DNA of 64,000 bases from Hormiphora californensis (taxonomy: Eukaryota > Animalia > Ctenophora), in the NCBI GenBank assembly GCA_020137815.1, contig CM035350.1:1054001-1118000 (forward strand), read 5' to 3'. A program made the translations under genes and the position numbers. The notes beneath the pieces are model-generated. The model was not told the DNA's origin and did not search any database. It worked only from the letters and a program-made list of their open reading frames with translations. Of the stretch, positions 12,887-26,700 are shown piece after piece. Position 1 is the stretch's first letter. The number at the start of each line of letters is the position of its first letter.

Positions 12887-15566
12887 CTATAAAAGTGTTT
12901 TATTAATAATCTCCCATATCATTCTCCGCCTGAAATAAGGCATATCAGACTGGGCAAAGTCGAAGGGTCGATCTTGGCTGATGTATTCGGCGTACTTGCA
13001 GGCGAATACCCCACAGTCACAGCCGTTCATCTGCTCTGGTAGCTCCTATAAAGAAGGGTGTTAATACAATGATATCTGGTTGTCTTGCTCGGCCCTCTCT
13101 CAGCCGCTGAGGAGGGTTAGAACATAACAAATATATCTGGTTGAATCTGTAGAGTTACTAGATCTTACCTTCTCAATAACGAGATTCCAACTGGCAGGGT
13201 CCATTGGTTGCTTCTTCTTGGACATGTGTTCCGCCACCATGTAGTCCCTGGAATGAGGGGTGTCAAAACATACCACCACCAGCAGCCAGCCAAGTGTTGA
13301 TAAACAAGGAAAATGCCGCCGGTACTCCAGCAGGCGCGCAGCCCTACTGTTGACAACTACCAACTTTGTATTGCGCGCAGTCGTTAACTGCTAGTTGCGC
13401 ACCGCGCCTCACCAACCTCAGAGCTGTGGTACACTGGTGGTTGTCTCCTAGTAGGGAGTCATAGTAGGTAATGGTTGAGGTTCTGTTGTCAATGACAGCT
13501 AGACACCAGTGCATACCAAGGTGAATAGGTATCATTATCAGATCCTTGGCAAATAAATCCACCTGAGAAAGAAGTGTGTGTAGATACGTCATACGATATG
13601 TTAAAATATCCGCTAATCAGTGTTGATGTGTTATACAGGGTTGTATATCATCTTACCTTCCTAGTCCATCTTGCGAGGCCTTGGTGTCCGACCTTCAGCA
13701 GCCGAGGGTAGAAGAAAGTATTGAAAATGTGAATGGAGGGGGCAACCTTTTTACTTCGATCCATTAGCAGGTTGAAGTAGAAATTTATCACCTAAATAAA
13801 GCAGCATTAGTAATTCACCCGGAAAACGAGCTGATTTATAACACATTACATAACTCAATTTTGTTGGACAATGGATAGTGATATGCTTGCTTGTCCGAAA
13901 TACCCATTATCATATGATTATATGTTTACGACCCCCATGTTTGTTGACTGTTTATTGGCGGTTTGCCATGATACCCACCTCATCATTTAGCCAGGTGAGA
14001 TCCCTGAGAGTCTGGACATCCTTCCTTGTTATACCAATGTTGAAATGATCCACGAGGGTCTCCATTAGGGGACCTCCTGACAGAGCCCTATCTACTGCCA
14101 TCATCATCTCCTGAGGGGGGGGGGGGGGGGGGGGTGTGGTTATCTTGAAACTAGGGGGTTCACAACACTTGAGGACTAACTAGCGACCTCTATAAGATAG
14201 GTTCATTGATTGATGTGTTACCTCAGTTAGGGGAGGGAAGGTGTCAATCTCATCCCCAATGGCCTCATCTTCACTGATCTCATCTTGCAGTAGTGATTTA
14301 TCAACCTTCTGGTCAACTAGATCGTGTCCCTCTTTAACCTTCTGTTTTGCATCCTCGACACCCTTCTTCATCTCCTTGATCCTCCTCTCATTGTCACTCA
14401 CTGTCTCAGTCAACACCTTGTGCCTGGGAGAGGGTACATTGGGTTGAATGTAGGGACATTAGGTTGAATAGGGGAACACGGTAGTCAGTAGTGGTTGGGA
14501 CAGTATGTTAGGAGCGGATAATCGATGTGTAGTTTTTAATATGAGTTTCAAGGTGTAATTACCAGTTTTCCAGCCATTTGCTATCAAATGGATTGGTCCA
14601 GGATGATTTCTTAATGAGGCCAGGTGGTCCCCTTATCATTCTCTTGTTCTGGTAAACTGGGCCTGAAATGGATGGGGGTCAGCTCAACTTGGGGTATTGG
14701 ATGGGCAAGCGAAAGAATTCTTAATCAGAGGCTGCCAGTGAAATATTGAAATATCATAGGGGATAGAACATCTTATCTAGGATTCCTAAACTAGGAAAGT
14801 ATAGTTATTACCTGATGCCTCGCTCCCACTTCCTGTGCCACTATCTGATGAGGGAGGGGACATGGATGTAATGGGTCGTGCAGGGGATGTAGCGGCCAGT
14901 CTGGCAGGGTGAGCTGGGGTGCTGGTCAGGTAACTGGTGGATAACTTGTTGAGGGGAGCCGGGGCAGGCAGGGTCGTATTGAACAGTGCATTATCACTCT
15001 TTGTGTATCTGTTCAGTAACTGTCTGTACTTTTCTCTCTAAAAAAGGAAGTGAGAAATTAACAACCACAACCACATAAGACAGGTCTCCAGGAAAATAAG
15101 AGTCCTGAATTACAATCCTATCTTCAACAGTACCTGTTCAAGTTGTATTACATCCTGAATAGTAGATTTCTTGATGACATGACGCCGGATAGCTTGTCTC
15201 TGTTCTGATACTGTCAGGGGAGGATCCATGGCCGTCTGTACCGACTGGGTACATGTCGATACTTTAGTAACTTGTGATGGCCCCGGTTGGGAGGGTTCTA
15301 CAGGTGCCTGGGTGGAGAAGTGGGTTACAAGTCTCTCTTGGTAATCGACAACTTTGTATAACAATATCTTGCCTAACTCAAACAACAATATCTAACGCCG
15401 AAGAACGAAGAAGAAACAGCAATCCGACACCGGGGTCTCAGATAATAAACGCACACCACGATCGGTCACAGATTGAACCTACAAAGTGGTACAACACCGA
15501 AGTGTGTCTGGCGAAACTCACCGGAGGAGGCGGGGAGGGAAGGGCGGGAGGTTGTGAAGATGTCAT
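12887..15566 (-). CDS. SENP1: Sentrin/SUMO-specific protease SENP1/2 (Ulp1, peptidase C48); start codon uncertain (15229 or 15566)
   Basis: Exons encode [34 protein letters not shown] and [12 protein letters not shown]...[17 protein letters not shown], with the His-Asp-Cys triad. Confidence 0.9.
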
Positions 15567-16495
15567 GAAACGTTTTGTGAAATGTAGAACGCTTGCAAAG
15601 GGTGCCGTAACAATGCTGTACGCTGCAGAGGGAATACAATACGTTAGCAATATACAGTGTATATTATACACACATGCTGTTGATCGATGCAGTAGTGATT
15701 TTAGACCAAAGTTACTATGGTCTACGTTAGTCTCACTTACCATAGTCTAGTTTAAAGCGCTTTTGTGGGATACCGACTTCACCGGTTGAACTGAAACATT
15801 GAACCGGGTTATTACTGAATAGGTTTCTAATATAGTAGTTCAAAACGGGAGTGCTCTTCTATATTGGTGAAAACGTACCTAGACTCGTCCTGTCGTGGTC
15901 TCTTAAATGTGGTGAAGGTCGAGAGCTTGTCACTGAGGTAAGGCATACTCAGATCACCTCATTTTGGCATTCACTTGATCATTGCTACTAACACTGAAAT
16001 CAATGAAGAATGATTTACTAAGGGACTTGTTATGTTCTAACCCTCCTTTACATTTGTAAAGTGTGTTTCGCAGGCGGGGCACGCGAAACACAGTCTAGCT
16101 AGGCAATAAGGGACAACTTCTTCAGTCATTTCGATCAAGGAACAGCATAATGAGACAAAAAGGCATGAAAATAAATTGTAAATTAATCCAAGTTGGTAAG
16201 AATTATCGTTATTCCTAAGAATAAAAACTTGTTAAATAAATGTAGTTAAATCTTGAAGCCGGTATCATAAAATAAGCGGGTGAAATCTAAGAGATTTTGC
16301 TTTATAGCCAGAAATGTAATGGATAAGTAAAACTGAAAGTACGACCACACTCTTGAAGCAAACTGGAACGTGTTTAGCCCTTTGGGGACGATTATCAGCC
16401 CCCTGGAGAGTGGAGACACTTATATTACTTTGAACGCAGGAAAAAGAATTTTCGTTCTACCACCTGTATTTCTATTGGGTCACCTGTGACCCAAT

Positions 16496-17993
16496 CATTC
16501 GTAAACATTCGTAAACATTCGTAAATAAATTTAGTATTGTACACAAAGCTTTAGCTCAAAAGGAGCCAACACTCAGATGACATGGAAAGTCAGCAGGTTA
16601 TATGTATCAGCCAAATGACAATGAAAAGCAAAACACATTTCTATGATTCGCCCATCTCTTTAAACACACTGGGGTCATTTCTCCAATCAATCAAGGAGTT
16701 ACTGTGCTCCACCCGGTAACCGCGGACAGGTGGCTGGTCGGGGATGGTGGTTAAGTAGGACCCAAGGGACTGTTTCAACTCGAGCAGTGATGTTGCCTCT
16801 CTCACTGCACGGGGTAGGGAATTCCACAACTGTGCTCCTCTAACACCGAATGATGAGTCATAAGGGCCAGATATGGATTTTTGAGCGAGGTAATTGTAAC
16901 GGGGGACCAATGCTCTGGTACCAAGACGGGTGTGCTCAGTAAACAGGAGACCCGTGCCGTTTGGAACTACATCATGAAGAACCTTCCAGACATGGATAAT
17001 CATGTATCGCTCACGACGCCGCTGGAGGGACAAGATACCAAGATGTTGGAGCCGATCCCAGTACCCCATACCGGAACAGCTCTCAATCCTACGTGTGAAG
17101 TGTCTTTGAGCCTCTTCAACCAGGGCGATATCAGACTTTTTCACCGGGCTCCATAATGGACAACAGTACTCCACCTGAGGCCTAATGATGGACTTCAGTA
17201 ACGTTAGCATAGTATCATCGGATCTATCCCGAAATACACTAAGTGCCCAGCCACTCATGCGTCTAGCCTTGGCAGTAATGCTGCCTATGTGTTCTGACCA
17301 AGTGCAGTCTGCAGATACAAGGACCCCTAGATCTCTCACAGTGAAACTTGGTGATATTGAGTCGCCTCCGGGACCATTGTAAAGATAATTGTCAGTGGAG
17401 AAAGGAAGCTCCCTCAGGAGTTGGGTGGAGCGAAGTGTATAATTTATCACCTCAAACTTATCCTGATGGAGTGACATATTGTTGTCTGAAGCCCAACGTC
17501 CAAATTCATTAAGACTCAGCTGCAGGTTATCTCTGTCGTTGAGTGACCTGATCGCTTTCCACAGCTTGGATTCATCTGCAAAAGTTAGGACTGTTCCCGC
17601 AAGAAGTGATTCAATGTCTATCATATAAACCAAGAACAGAAGCGGGCCAAGAACAGTGCCCTGGGGGACTCCACTAATGACGAGTTCCGGCCGAGACTGA
17701 ACTCCATCCACCACTACTGTCTGTATTCTAGCTGAAAGAAAGTCACTTATCCAGCGGAGAAGTCTTCCACGTATACCATACTTCTCAAGCTTGCCCAATA
17801 AAACTTTAATATCGACTTTATCGAACGCCTTCTCCATATCCAAATAAACAACATCCACTTCCAGACCGTTATTCAGTTCACGCATGATGTTGTCATAGTG
17901 GTTCAAAAGTTGGGTCAGACAACTCCTATTTCTCCGAAAGCCGTGCTGACCATGGGATGTGAGGGCAACAGGGCGATAGTTTTTAGCCTCCAT
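16496..17993 (-). mobile_element. 5'-truncated, inactive CR1/L2-type non-LTR retrotransposon (RT ORF 16641..17993)
   Basis: Motifs YRPVALTS, QHGFR, YLDMEKAFDKV, GVPQGTVLGPLLF and LWNSLP. Catalytic FADD reads FADE, and the usual spacer between YRPxxL and QHGFR is deleted. A 3' tandem tail (TTTACGAATG)x3 lies at about 16496-16525. Confidence 0.9.
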
Positions 17994-18107
17994 CTTTGAA
18001 CCCTAACGCTAAAATAGGAATTGAGATTTTGCCGCTATTTTGCCCCATCTATATTATAATTTTTTTTTTTTTTTTTTTTGGAAAAACAATTAAAAATATA
18101 TACACAA

Positions 18108-18416
18108 TCTATATTATAATTTGGAGATGAACGTCGAAGTCGAAGTCGTTCGTTCAGCGGTATCTAAGCGACAGGCTGCTCCTTCATAAAATACTTCATG
18201 TGCCCAAAGCTGTAAAGCTGTTGCTCACACTTTTGGAACTTCCAGTGGAAGTTTGTTGATATTTTCGAATGAGTTTTAACATGCCAGTCCCTATAGTTAC
18301 CAATTCAGTTGCCATGACAACCGTGTTATTGACGTTGAAAGGGCGAAAAGAACCAACCGGCGAAGCCGGGTGGGTTATCAAGGCCTTACTTGAGGCGCAC
18401 CCAATGGGTGCGCTAG
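18108..18416 (+). mobile_element. Non-autonomous Helitron (about 310 bp)
   Basis: A|TC 5' end, 3' hairpin GCGCACCCAATGGGTGCGC followed by CTAG|T; a second copy lies at 37687-37998 on the minus strand. Confidence 0.85.
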
Positions 18417-18931
18417 TATAATAATAAGTTACAAACCGCTCATTTAGACCCTTCTTTCTTTCATAGCACTTACATAACCAGAAGACCTGGAAAACCTTGG
18501 TCGACGACAAGAGGCTGTGGCTGTCAGACAGACCCGTATTTTGAAAATCAGGGCACTGGGGAGTGGGGCCTCAGCGACGGAGGAGCCGGAAGCATGGCAG
18601 TTAGCTGTTAAAGCTGCATGTGAATTCCCGTGGAATTATCCACCCGCCTAAGCCAGTAAGTCATGTGACAAAATTAGTCTGGAGTCACGAGCGATGAAGT
18701 TCCATCAAGTCCGACTACATGAGAAGGGAACGACAGAGCCTCTCCGAACCACCACAGGGTCATCACTAATCGCATTGCCATGAGCCATCTCCTCAGAGTC
18801 ACCGGTCACCTGATCTCTCTTTCTTGATAAATAAGCCTTTTAAGGGTTCACAAATATGCAGTTCATGTAAGGATTGTGGTATGTATACTTAACATTGTAT
18901 AGTGCATACATTGTATAGTGCATACACTACA

Positions 18932-19175
18932 GGCCAGCGTTAAAATCTGGGTGTTTGGTGAGTGCTGTCATACGGTTTTTTAGAGTTAGGGCTAAAGTAA
19001 GGTTAGGGTTTGGGTTGGAGTTAGGCCTTGACATTTCCTACCAGATAAACGTTGAATTAGCCAATACGGTTGAGTGGTTTGGCGGTTAGAGCCATTTTAC
19101 TTTTTAGTGAATCAACTTTTTAGGAAACGCGCACCTGTAAACAGGCCTCCAAACACCCAGATTGTAACGGCGCCT
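18932..19175. mobile_element. MULE-like MITE with 9-bp TSD and internal TTAGGG-like repeats
   Basis: TIRs CGTTAAAATCTGGGTGTTTGG / CCAAACACCCAGATTGTAACG; TACACTACA duplicated at 18923-18931 and 19176-19184. Related copies at about 19923-20190 and 49453-49585. Confidence 0.8.
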
Positions 19176-19408
19176 TACACTACATGATCCTTGCTGAATG
19201 CTGTGGGCGTACGCCGTACATGCACGACTCGAGGGTAGTAAAAAAGGTTAAAAAAGTGCAATGGCACTAAACAAACTCAAAATAAAAGCGACGCGCAGCA
19301 ACTAGTTGTTTTGTTTCAGCGGCCGGGCCTCATAATTTATCAGTTTTCCGTTTATGCTCGTTTTTGGTTTTTCCGTTGAAAAGCGCTGCCTTATCCCGCG
19401 CGCCTATA

Positions 19409-20297
19409 AGGAACCATAATAAAGTTCAAGAGCCTCCAAGAGCACCCAAGAGCACACCCGATCGAAGAGAGACCACACCTGAGAGCGTACCACACCCAAA
19501 AGAGACCACATCCAAGAGCGCACCACCTCCAGAAGACACCACTTCAAGAGCGCACCACATCAAAGAGAGCTCCCCATCCAGAAGATACCACGCGCAGGGG
19601 ACACCACGCGCAGAAGAGACCAGCGCGGCGTTGTATTTGCGCGTGCGGTCTCTTCTGCGCGTGGTGTCCCCTTAGTGGAAGCTCTTACGGTATTTCCCAC
19701 GCCCCGTGGGAAAGTTTTCGACCGTGGGAAAGTTTTCAAAGCGTGGGAAAAGAGAGATACATACAATAACTAAGAAAAAACAATTTATTTTTTATAGTTA
19801 TTGTATGTATCTCTCTTTTCCCACGGTTCGAAAACTTTCCCACGGTCAAAAACTTTCCCACGGGGCGTGGGAATTACCGTAAGAGCTTCCACTACCTGCG
19901 CGCGGTATCTTCTGGATGGGGAGGGCGCGATTATAATCTGGGTGCCTTGGAGCCTGTTTACAGGTGCGCGCTACCAAAAGAGTACACTTAGACCGACTTT
20001 TTTCAAACGGCTATAGCCACGCAACCACATGGCCAATTTGAGTAAACTAAACGGCATCTGTTAGAGAATCGATAGCCCTAACCGATAACCCCAAACCAAA
20101 CCCTAACCAGACCCTAACGGATAGCCCTAACCCGTCGCGCGCGCTAAAACTACGAATTGTTAGCAATGAAAGGCACCCAGATTTTAACGTTTTCCGGATG
20201 GGGAGCTCTCTTTGATGTGGTGCGCTCTTGAAGTGGTGTCTTTTGGAGGTGGTGCGCTCTTGGATGGGGTGCGCTCTTGAACTTTATTATGGTTCCT
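19409..20297. mobile_element. Composite TA-flanked TIR element containing nested foldbacks
   Basis: TIR AGGAACCATAATAAAGTTCAAGAGC at both ends and AAGAGCGCACCAC-type subterminal repeats. Contains a hairpin (19596-19672), a MITE (19675-19892) and a MULE-like MITE (about 19923-20190). Confidence 0.75.
19675..19892. mobile_element. Near-perfect foldback MITE, TA TSD
   Basis: GTGGAAGCTCTTACGGTA...TACCGTAAGAGCTTCCAC with arms of about 100 bp and repeated CGTGGGAAA motifs. Confidence 0.85.
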
Positions 20298-20476
20298 TAT
20301 CGGGGCTAGCAACGTTTTATTTGCCAAGTTTTTCCGCCGTCTCACAAGACGCAAAAAAAACGATATGAACCCCGGCACCGGGTACACTATGAGTCTCTTG
20401 ATATCACTGTCTTTTTATGAACGATCAAATCTTTAGGTGCATGTAATTGGAAAAGTTAAAATTATATTGAATTTAG

Positions 20477-21187
20477 GTGATGGCAGAAAACGAGTGTTCT
20501 GGTTCAAGAGAAAAGAATCGTCAAACATCAACGCGGCCTGTAAGAAGCTCAATCAGAGACCCCAAGGCGAACTATATTTTTAATTTGCTACGAGCTAAGT
20601 CACGGCTCATCAAGAAAGAAGACAACGGACAGACTTCAGAAAAAGCAGAAAGCAGCGATGGGTCGTCAGATAAACTGAGAAGAAAAAAGGGCGTCGAAAA
20701 TAGTTCCCGCCAATCAGAACAGTCAGAAAACCCTAGGTCCAAATGCTCTGGAAAGAGACAGAAAGATTGTCCCAAGAAACAAGAAAGTATGAAGCGGAAA
20801 AGAGATGTCCGAAAGACGTTGAAAGAGGCTCGAGAAGAGCTCGCACCCAAGGATGTTCTTGACTGTACCCCTTTACGGGGAATAAAGAAAGCCACCGACC
20901 TCTCCTTTCTTGGTAGCATATCCCCAATCAGTTTCGACACACCAGAGAAGAAGCGTCGCAAGAAGAAACCTGGGGAACAAAATATCACTCCTACTAACAG
21001 AGACAATGCTGATAGGTACTTGGTTCAGTTGCAAAGACGGCTAAAGAACGCCCCAAAATGTGAGATCCCTTCACAGATGATGAAAAACAAACCCAGTCAG
21101 TCGCAAATTTTTAATATTGATGAAGTGTTGGATGAAGAAACAGTCCCTATTGACGACGAAGAGGTACTGGATGAATATTTTGAATAA
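20477..21187 (+). CDS. Hypothetical Lys/Arg/Ser-rich protein with acidic tail
   Basis: 236-aa ORF with an AG just upstream (TTTAG GTG ATG) and an NLS-like PEKKRRKKK; no recognisable domain. Confidence 0.45.
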   Translation: MMAENECSGSREKNRQTSTRPVRSSIRDPKANYIFNLLRAKSRLIKKEDNGQTSEKAESSDGSSDKLRRKKGVENSSRQSEQSENPRSKCSGKRQKDCPKKQESMKRKRDVRKTLKEAREELAPKDVLDCTPLRGIKKATDLSFLGSISPISFDTPEKKRRKKKPGEQNITPTNRDNADRYLVQLQRRLKNAPKCEIPSQMMKNKPSQSQIFNIDEVLDEETVPIDDEEVLDEYFE

Positions 21188-21383
21188 TTGTATTGTAATC
21201 TGTATTTTTATTAGAATTTTGGGATTTTCCTACCTCTTTTGAGATATGGACACAATTTTAAAGTTAGTTTAATTTATTTGTTTACAGCAGATTTTTACAT
21301 TTATATTATCAGTTGTCATTGTTGTACTCAAGCAGTTTTGGTCTTTCCCTATTTACTAACAGTCCGTCTATTTTCTTCTAAGA

Positions 21384-21982
21384 ATGTCCACGTTTTCGAT
21401 TTCTTACCAGCCAGAAGAGGAGCCAGATCCACCATTCAATGGACTATCTTGCTCTTTCGACGAACAACAGTATCATCCTGATCAGCCTGATACAGCCGAG
21501 AATCCTCGGAAAATGAAAGCCGAGGATTATGGTAAGTTTCAAATTTTTGGTGATTATGCGACTCACCTGTGACTCCCAAAACCTTGTTTCCGTGCTCAAA
21601 CTCATTTCTCCCAGGCTGTATGAAGCGGCTAAGGATGAAGTCGGAACGGCTAGTGAAGGAGAAACGAGAATCCCCGGAATCCTCTAATGAAAGTGAGCAG
21701 AGAGAGAATGAGATCTCAGAAGAGAATGACATCTCAGAAGAGAATGGACAGAGCTCATCTGCATCAGTAGTGTTGGAAGTTTCTGAAGATCAAGAAAACA
21801 GCAATACCAACTCCGATGTTGAAAGTTTAAACTCGGGTCATCCTGAAGATCTGGGTGATCCTGAAAACAACAAAAACAGCAAAAACGGAAAAAAAGACAC
21901 AAAAGACAAAAACGGAAAAAACAACACTGTCGGCAACGACAACACCGTCGGCAACGACAACAATAATTACAAGCAACCTTAA
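21384..21982 (+). CDS. Hypothetical low-complexity protein (possible two exons, 21384-21531 and 21615-21982)
   Basis: Two ORFs separated by a GTAAG...CCCAG intron-like gap; E/S/N/K-rich. Confidence 0.3.
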
Positions 21983-22628
21983 GGCGGATGTTTGTCGATG
22001 TCTGGTGTGGGACGATCAATGCACATTCAGGTTTATAGCTGAGTGTGCCTTTATCGTACTACGCATCGAGAAACATGCGCCTTTAGAGACACTTACAAAG
22101 CACCTCCAGGCGCTATGTAACTGACTTTATCGCATTTCTGTGAACGATGAAGGGTGAGATTCCCTACTACGCCTAGCTCGGGCCGGGGCTAAGGTCTACC
22201 ATATTGGTAGCTATAGTTTCTAAAGACTCTCTAGAATCCTTTTAGTGTTACAGAAGTGAGAGAGAGAGAGAGCGTGTTTATTTATTAATGTCAATTTTAA
22301 GACGACAATTAACAGGGAACTTTTATTAATGGGAAATTTTTATAAAACTGGGCATAAAAATGTTGATTATTCAATGTATTTAAAATCAAAACTTTTATTT
22401 TTAATGTGTATCTTGAGATCTTATTTTATCTTTTTTTATCGGTGTTAATTTATTGGATGTGATATGTTTTGGCTTTTTTCATTTGACAGATTTTGTAAAC
22501 TGGTGTTATTTTCCTCCTCGAACCTCATTCACTTCCCCCCTGTGGAACTAGTAACTCCCACCCCTCTCCGGTTATCAATCCCTCCCCGCGTGTACCTCCT
22601 TTTAACCCCCTCTCTCCGTATTATAGTG

Positions 22629-23626
22629 ATGGACGATTATGTAGCAGAGTTTGAGCGGAAAAGAAAGAACAGCAAAGACACCCCAGTTGCCATTCTTGCT
22701 ATTCATGTTCTTAACGATTTTGTCAGTAAGAGTAATGTGGGAACACTTCAACAACTTCTAGAACAACTCAAGGTATCAAATATTTTCAATCTTCAACATT
22801 CAATATCTCGTCCTCGTCTCTCAATCGATGCCAACTCTAACACCCCCTTCCTCTCAGGAGCTCAGTAAACAGTTGAAGGCGACTGCAGGGAGTTCCACAA
22901 CATCTGTAGCATCTGGTTGTGATCTCTTTGTACGGTTCATTACCCTCTCCCGGGGTCAGAACGCCCCCTCCTCAGAGATCGATATCTTGGAGTGCAAGGG
23001 GTTCGATCCAGTGCGGAAATTCCTGGTTGATAGGGGCAACTTGTTCATGAAGAGGTTGAAGGATTCCAGGAGAAAGATAGCCCAGTTAGCGTACCCCTTC
23101 ATCTCGGACGGGGTTACAGTTCTCACTGTCAATATCTCCCGGGTAGTTCTCGAGATCCTGATGAAGGCCCACGAGAAGGCTAAAAAGTTCAAAGTGTTGG
23201 TGACTGAGGGCGAGGAGGGGCCTCTCATGGTGAAGAAACTAAACGACCAGGGCATCCAGGCAACTCTAATCCTGGATGCTTCTATTGGTTTTGTAATGGA
23301 GCGGGTCTCATTTGTTTTAGTTGGAGCAGTGGGGGTGGTGGAGAATGGAGGGCTTATTAACAAGTTGGGGACATATCCAGTTGCTGTGATGGCTCGATCC
23401 CTCAACAAACCATTTTATGTTGCCGTGGAGAGTTTCAAGTTTTATCGGAATTACCCTCTCAGTCAGCTGGATCTACCAAATGATGCGAAGTACGAGAATC
23501 CTGAGGACACAAAACACCCTGAGGTGGATTTTACTCCCCCGAAATACATCAACAAACTGTTCACAGATCCTGGGTGTACTCACCCCCTCGGCTGTTAGTG
23601 ACGAACTGATAAAGTTGTATATTTGA
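22629..23626 (+). CDS. EIF2B1: Translation initiation factor eIF2B subunit alpha
   Basis: SVASGCDLFVRFIT, VLVGAVGVVENGGLINKLGTY, KPFYVAVESFKF and C-terminal FTD(L)GVLTPSAVSDELIKLY. Intron 22773-22857; a 1-nt insertion at about 23569. Confidence 0.95.
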
Positions 23627-23703
23627 GTGTGTGAAATAATGTGTTGTGGTTATATTTTTGTTGTTTTAAAAACGAATTACCTTTCCCGTAGCTTCCCCTT
23701 CCC

Positions 23704-26700
23704 ATGTCTGGTGCCCTAGAGATGTATAACTCTGAGGAAGACGAGACTAGTCATGGTTAGTTAGAAGAGGGATCGTGGTTAATTTATACCATGGGGCCAG
23801 GGGGGTCGTGCTTAGTTTAGCAAGGGAACAGGCCACAGGGGTCATGGTTAGTTTATCAGAGATTATTGGGGGATGTTGAGAGCATGGTAATAATGTGGGT
23901 GGGGGGTAAGTAAGGGTTAGTTGGATTTGATCGTGTGGGGATCATTATGCGTTTATGGGGGGGGGGGGGGGGGCATGGATGCAATGCAAGGGAGGGGACT
24001 CCCCTCAAGGGATATGTTTATTTAGTGAGGTTACCGTGTGTTTTATTGACTACAGGTTGTTGTTACCAAGCTTCATTCTTCTCTAAAAGTTGGAAGGCCA
24101 TGTATGGAGCACCACCACTTCTCACCAAACCTCTCTCTCTCACCATCCCTCACCCCTACTGTAAGTGCTATTTGTTCATATAGCATGCCTGATAATATAA
24201 TCTATATGTTTCAAAATTCCGAATGAAGTTTGGTTTGTAAAACAGAGAACAGGGCCTGATTCCCTAGTTCTCTAATTTACAACAATCTGTAGCCAGGATG
24301 ATCAGATCACAATACCTTTTGCGTGTTAATCCTCTGATCTATAGACACGGTAACCTCACCCACCCTTCCTATCTGACCCCTCTCTTCTGTTTCAGAGGGG
24401 AAGAAAGAGGAGGAAGATGAAGAGGATGATGAGGCCTCTGGAGAGGAGCAGTCTCGAACAGTAACCTCAGACGAGGGCTCTAACCCACCAATAATTGATG
24501 ATGGGGATGGTTTCTCTGCGAATGAGGAACTATCCCAAGATGACGAGGAGGATGAGAGGTTCTCTGATGATGAAGATGCTGCTGGGTGGACTTTTGATGA
24601 TACCCTCCAGTCACCCCCACCAGGAGATAGAACTGTGACGTCATACTCGCCAGAGAATTCGTTCCAGGGAGAGCCGACACCGCCTCACAACAGAGAGGGT
24701 GAGCCGACACCGCCTCACAACAGAGAGGAAGCCCCTGCTGAAGAGTTCGAACCAGCCGCTCCAGCTGGGGATAATACCCCCTCAGATCAACCCCTGGAGA
24801 CTCCAGAAGATTCATTCGAGGAGGGGGATAGAGAGGAGGGGGACAGAGAAGAGGGGGCTGAAAGGGAGGAAGATGAGGAGAAGGGAGAAAGTGCAGAGAA
24901 GGGAGAAGATGTTGATGAAGAAGATAAGGAAGATCTGGAGATAGATGAGGAAAGCAAACCTGATGAAGATAAGCTTTCAGAGAAGTCAGCTGGAGAAGAG
25001 AGGGATGAAGAACCAGAGAAAGAAAGAATCGAGGAACTGGATAGATTATCAGAGAAGGAATGTGAAAAAGAAGAAGAGCCTGTTGAAGAAACTCAGGAAA
25101 CAGAGAGGGTGGCATCACCTGAACCTCACGATCCGACTGGTGAAGAGGTAGAAGGTGAGAGGGAAGAGAAACCAGGTAGTCCTGAAGAAGTTGAACCATC
25201 AACTGAGGAGGCTCAACCTGAGGAGGAGGAACCACTAGACAATACTGGAGATGAAACCAAGGATGTGGAGGAGGGGGTAGTAGACAAGGAAAACGATCAG
25301 AAGCTGATAAATGATCCATTTGATATGAAGGATGACTTGAAGGAAAAGCTGACTGAGTTTGGTGTGACTGAGCCTAAGAGAGATGGTGTGTACAGATGAT
25401 AGTCTTGAGAAGGAGAGCATGGAGATAGATGAAGCAGCAATGTCTCCAGTACCCACAACAGAAGAACCCAATAGAGAGGAGGAGGAGAAGGAGGAGATAG
25501 AAGAGAAGGAGGAGCCAAAGGAAGAGGAAGAAGGGATGGTTGAGTATGAGAAGAATGGAGGTTCAGAGTCCCCTGAGTATGCCATGACACCAGATGATCA
25601 GGTATCTGAGGAGAGAGATGGACCTCACACCCCTCCCCCTGCTACATCTCCCTACAATCCTGAAGAGCCAACCTCCCCACCCTCCCAGGGCCCAGTGCAC
25701 CCCACCAGGCCGTGGACCCAGGACCCCTTCGGGACCTCACACCCCAACCGAACCCCGCCCTGTCTCAGCCGACAGATCGTTCGAATCCAACACTTCAGAA
25801 GAGGGAGGTGTGCCTCCTTTTATTATGATCACAGAGAACGAATATCTTTCAGCTGCCAAGTAAGTTCTGTCTCATTCAATATTCATTCTCCCTCAATCTC
25901 CCTGACTTTCCAGTTAATTTGATTCCCTCCTGTGTCTCTCAGACAACTGTATTGTCTCCCCTCTTCTCTCAAATAATTGCATTGCCTCTCCTCAGGAAGA
26001 GATCAAGTAGAGACAAGAAGATGGTGTGCCAGTGTGACTTTGTTGCAGAGGACCCTGCCAGCCACTGCTCTGATACTTGCCTCAACAAAGTGCTCATGAT
26101 CGAATGGTAGGTCGTGTGTGGTGCCCTCACCCCTTCACTGTACCCACTTCCCCCTCACTTCACTCTGCTATTTCAGTAACTTCCGGCATGTGTTGTGTAT
26201 CAAACCTCTTTACCCCTCCCCACTGACCCCCTTCCTCTCCCGCTATACTAACACACTGTGTTTCAGCAACTCCCGGTGTCCGTGTGGAGACCTCTGTAAA
26301 AACAAGAAGTTCCAGAAGGCTGACTACGCCCGAACTGAGCCCTTTTACACTGGAATCAAGGGCTGGGGACTCAAGGCCACCCAGGATATTATGCCTGGAG
26401 ATTTTATCATGGAGTATTGTGGGGAGGTTGTGAATCAGAGTGACTTCAAGAATAGAATGGATGCATATGGGGCACGGAGGAACAAACATTACTACTTCAT
26501 GACAATTAGTAAAGATGAGATCATAGATGCGAACAACAAGGGAAACTTGTCCAGGTTTATCAACCATAGCTGTGACCCTAATTGTGAAACACAAAAGTGG
26601 AGGGTCAATGGGGTACTGAGAATCGGGTTCTTCGCTATAAAAACTATCAAGCAAGGCTCAGAGATCTGCTTCGATTATCAGTATCAGCGATACGGGTTAG

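Noticed and set aside
23560-23626. Programmed frameshift or pseudogene in EIF2B1
   Set aside because: No slippery site, and similar indels occur in many unrelated genes, favouring assembly error.
24480-25319. 279-aa antisense ORF in SETD2
   Set aside because: Shadow of the purine-rich, Glu-rich sense exon.
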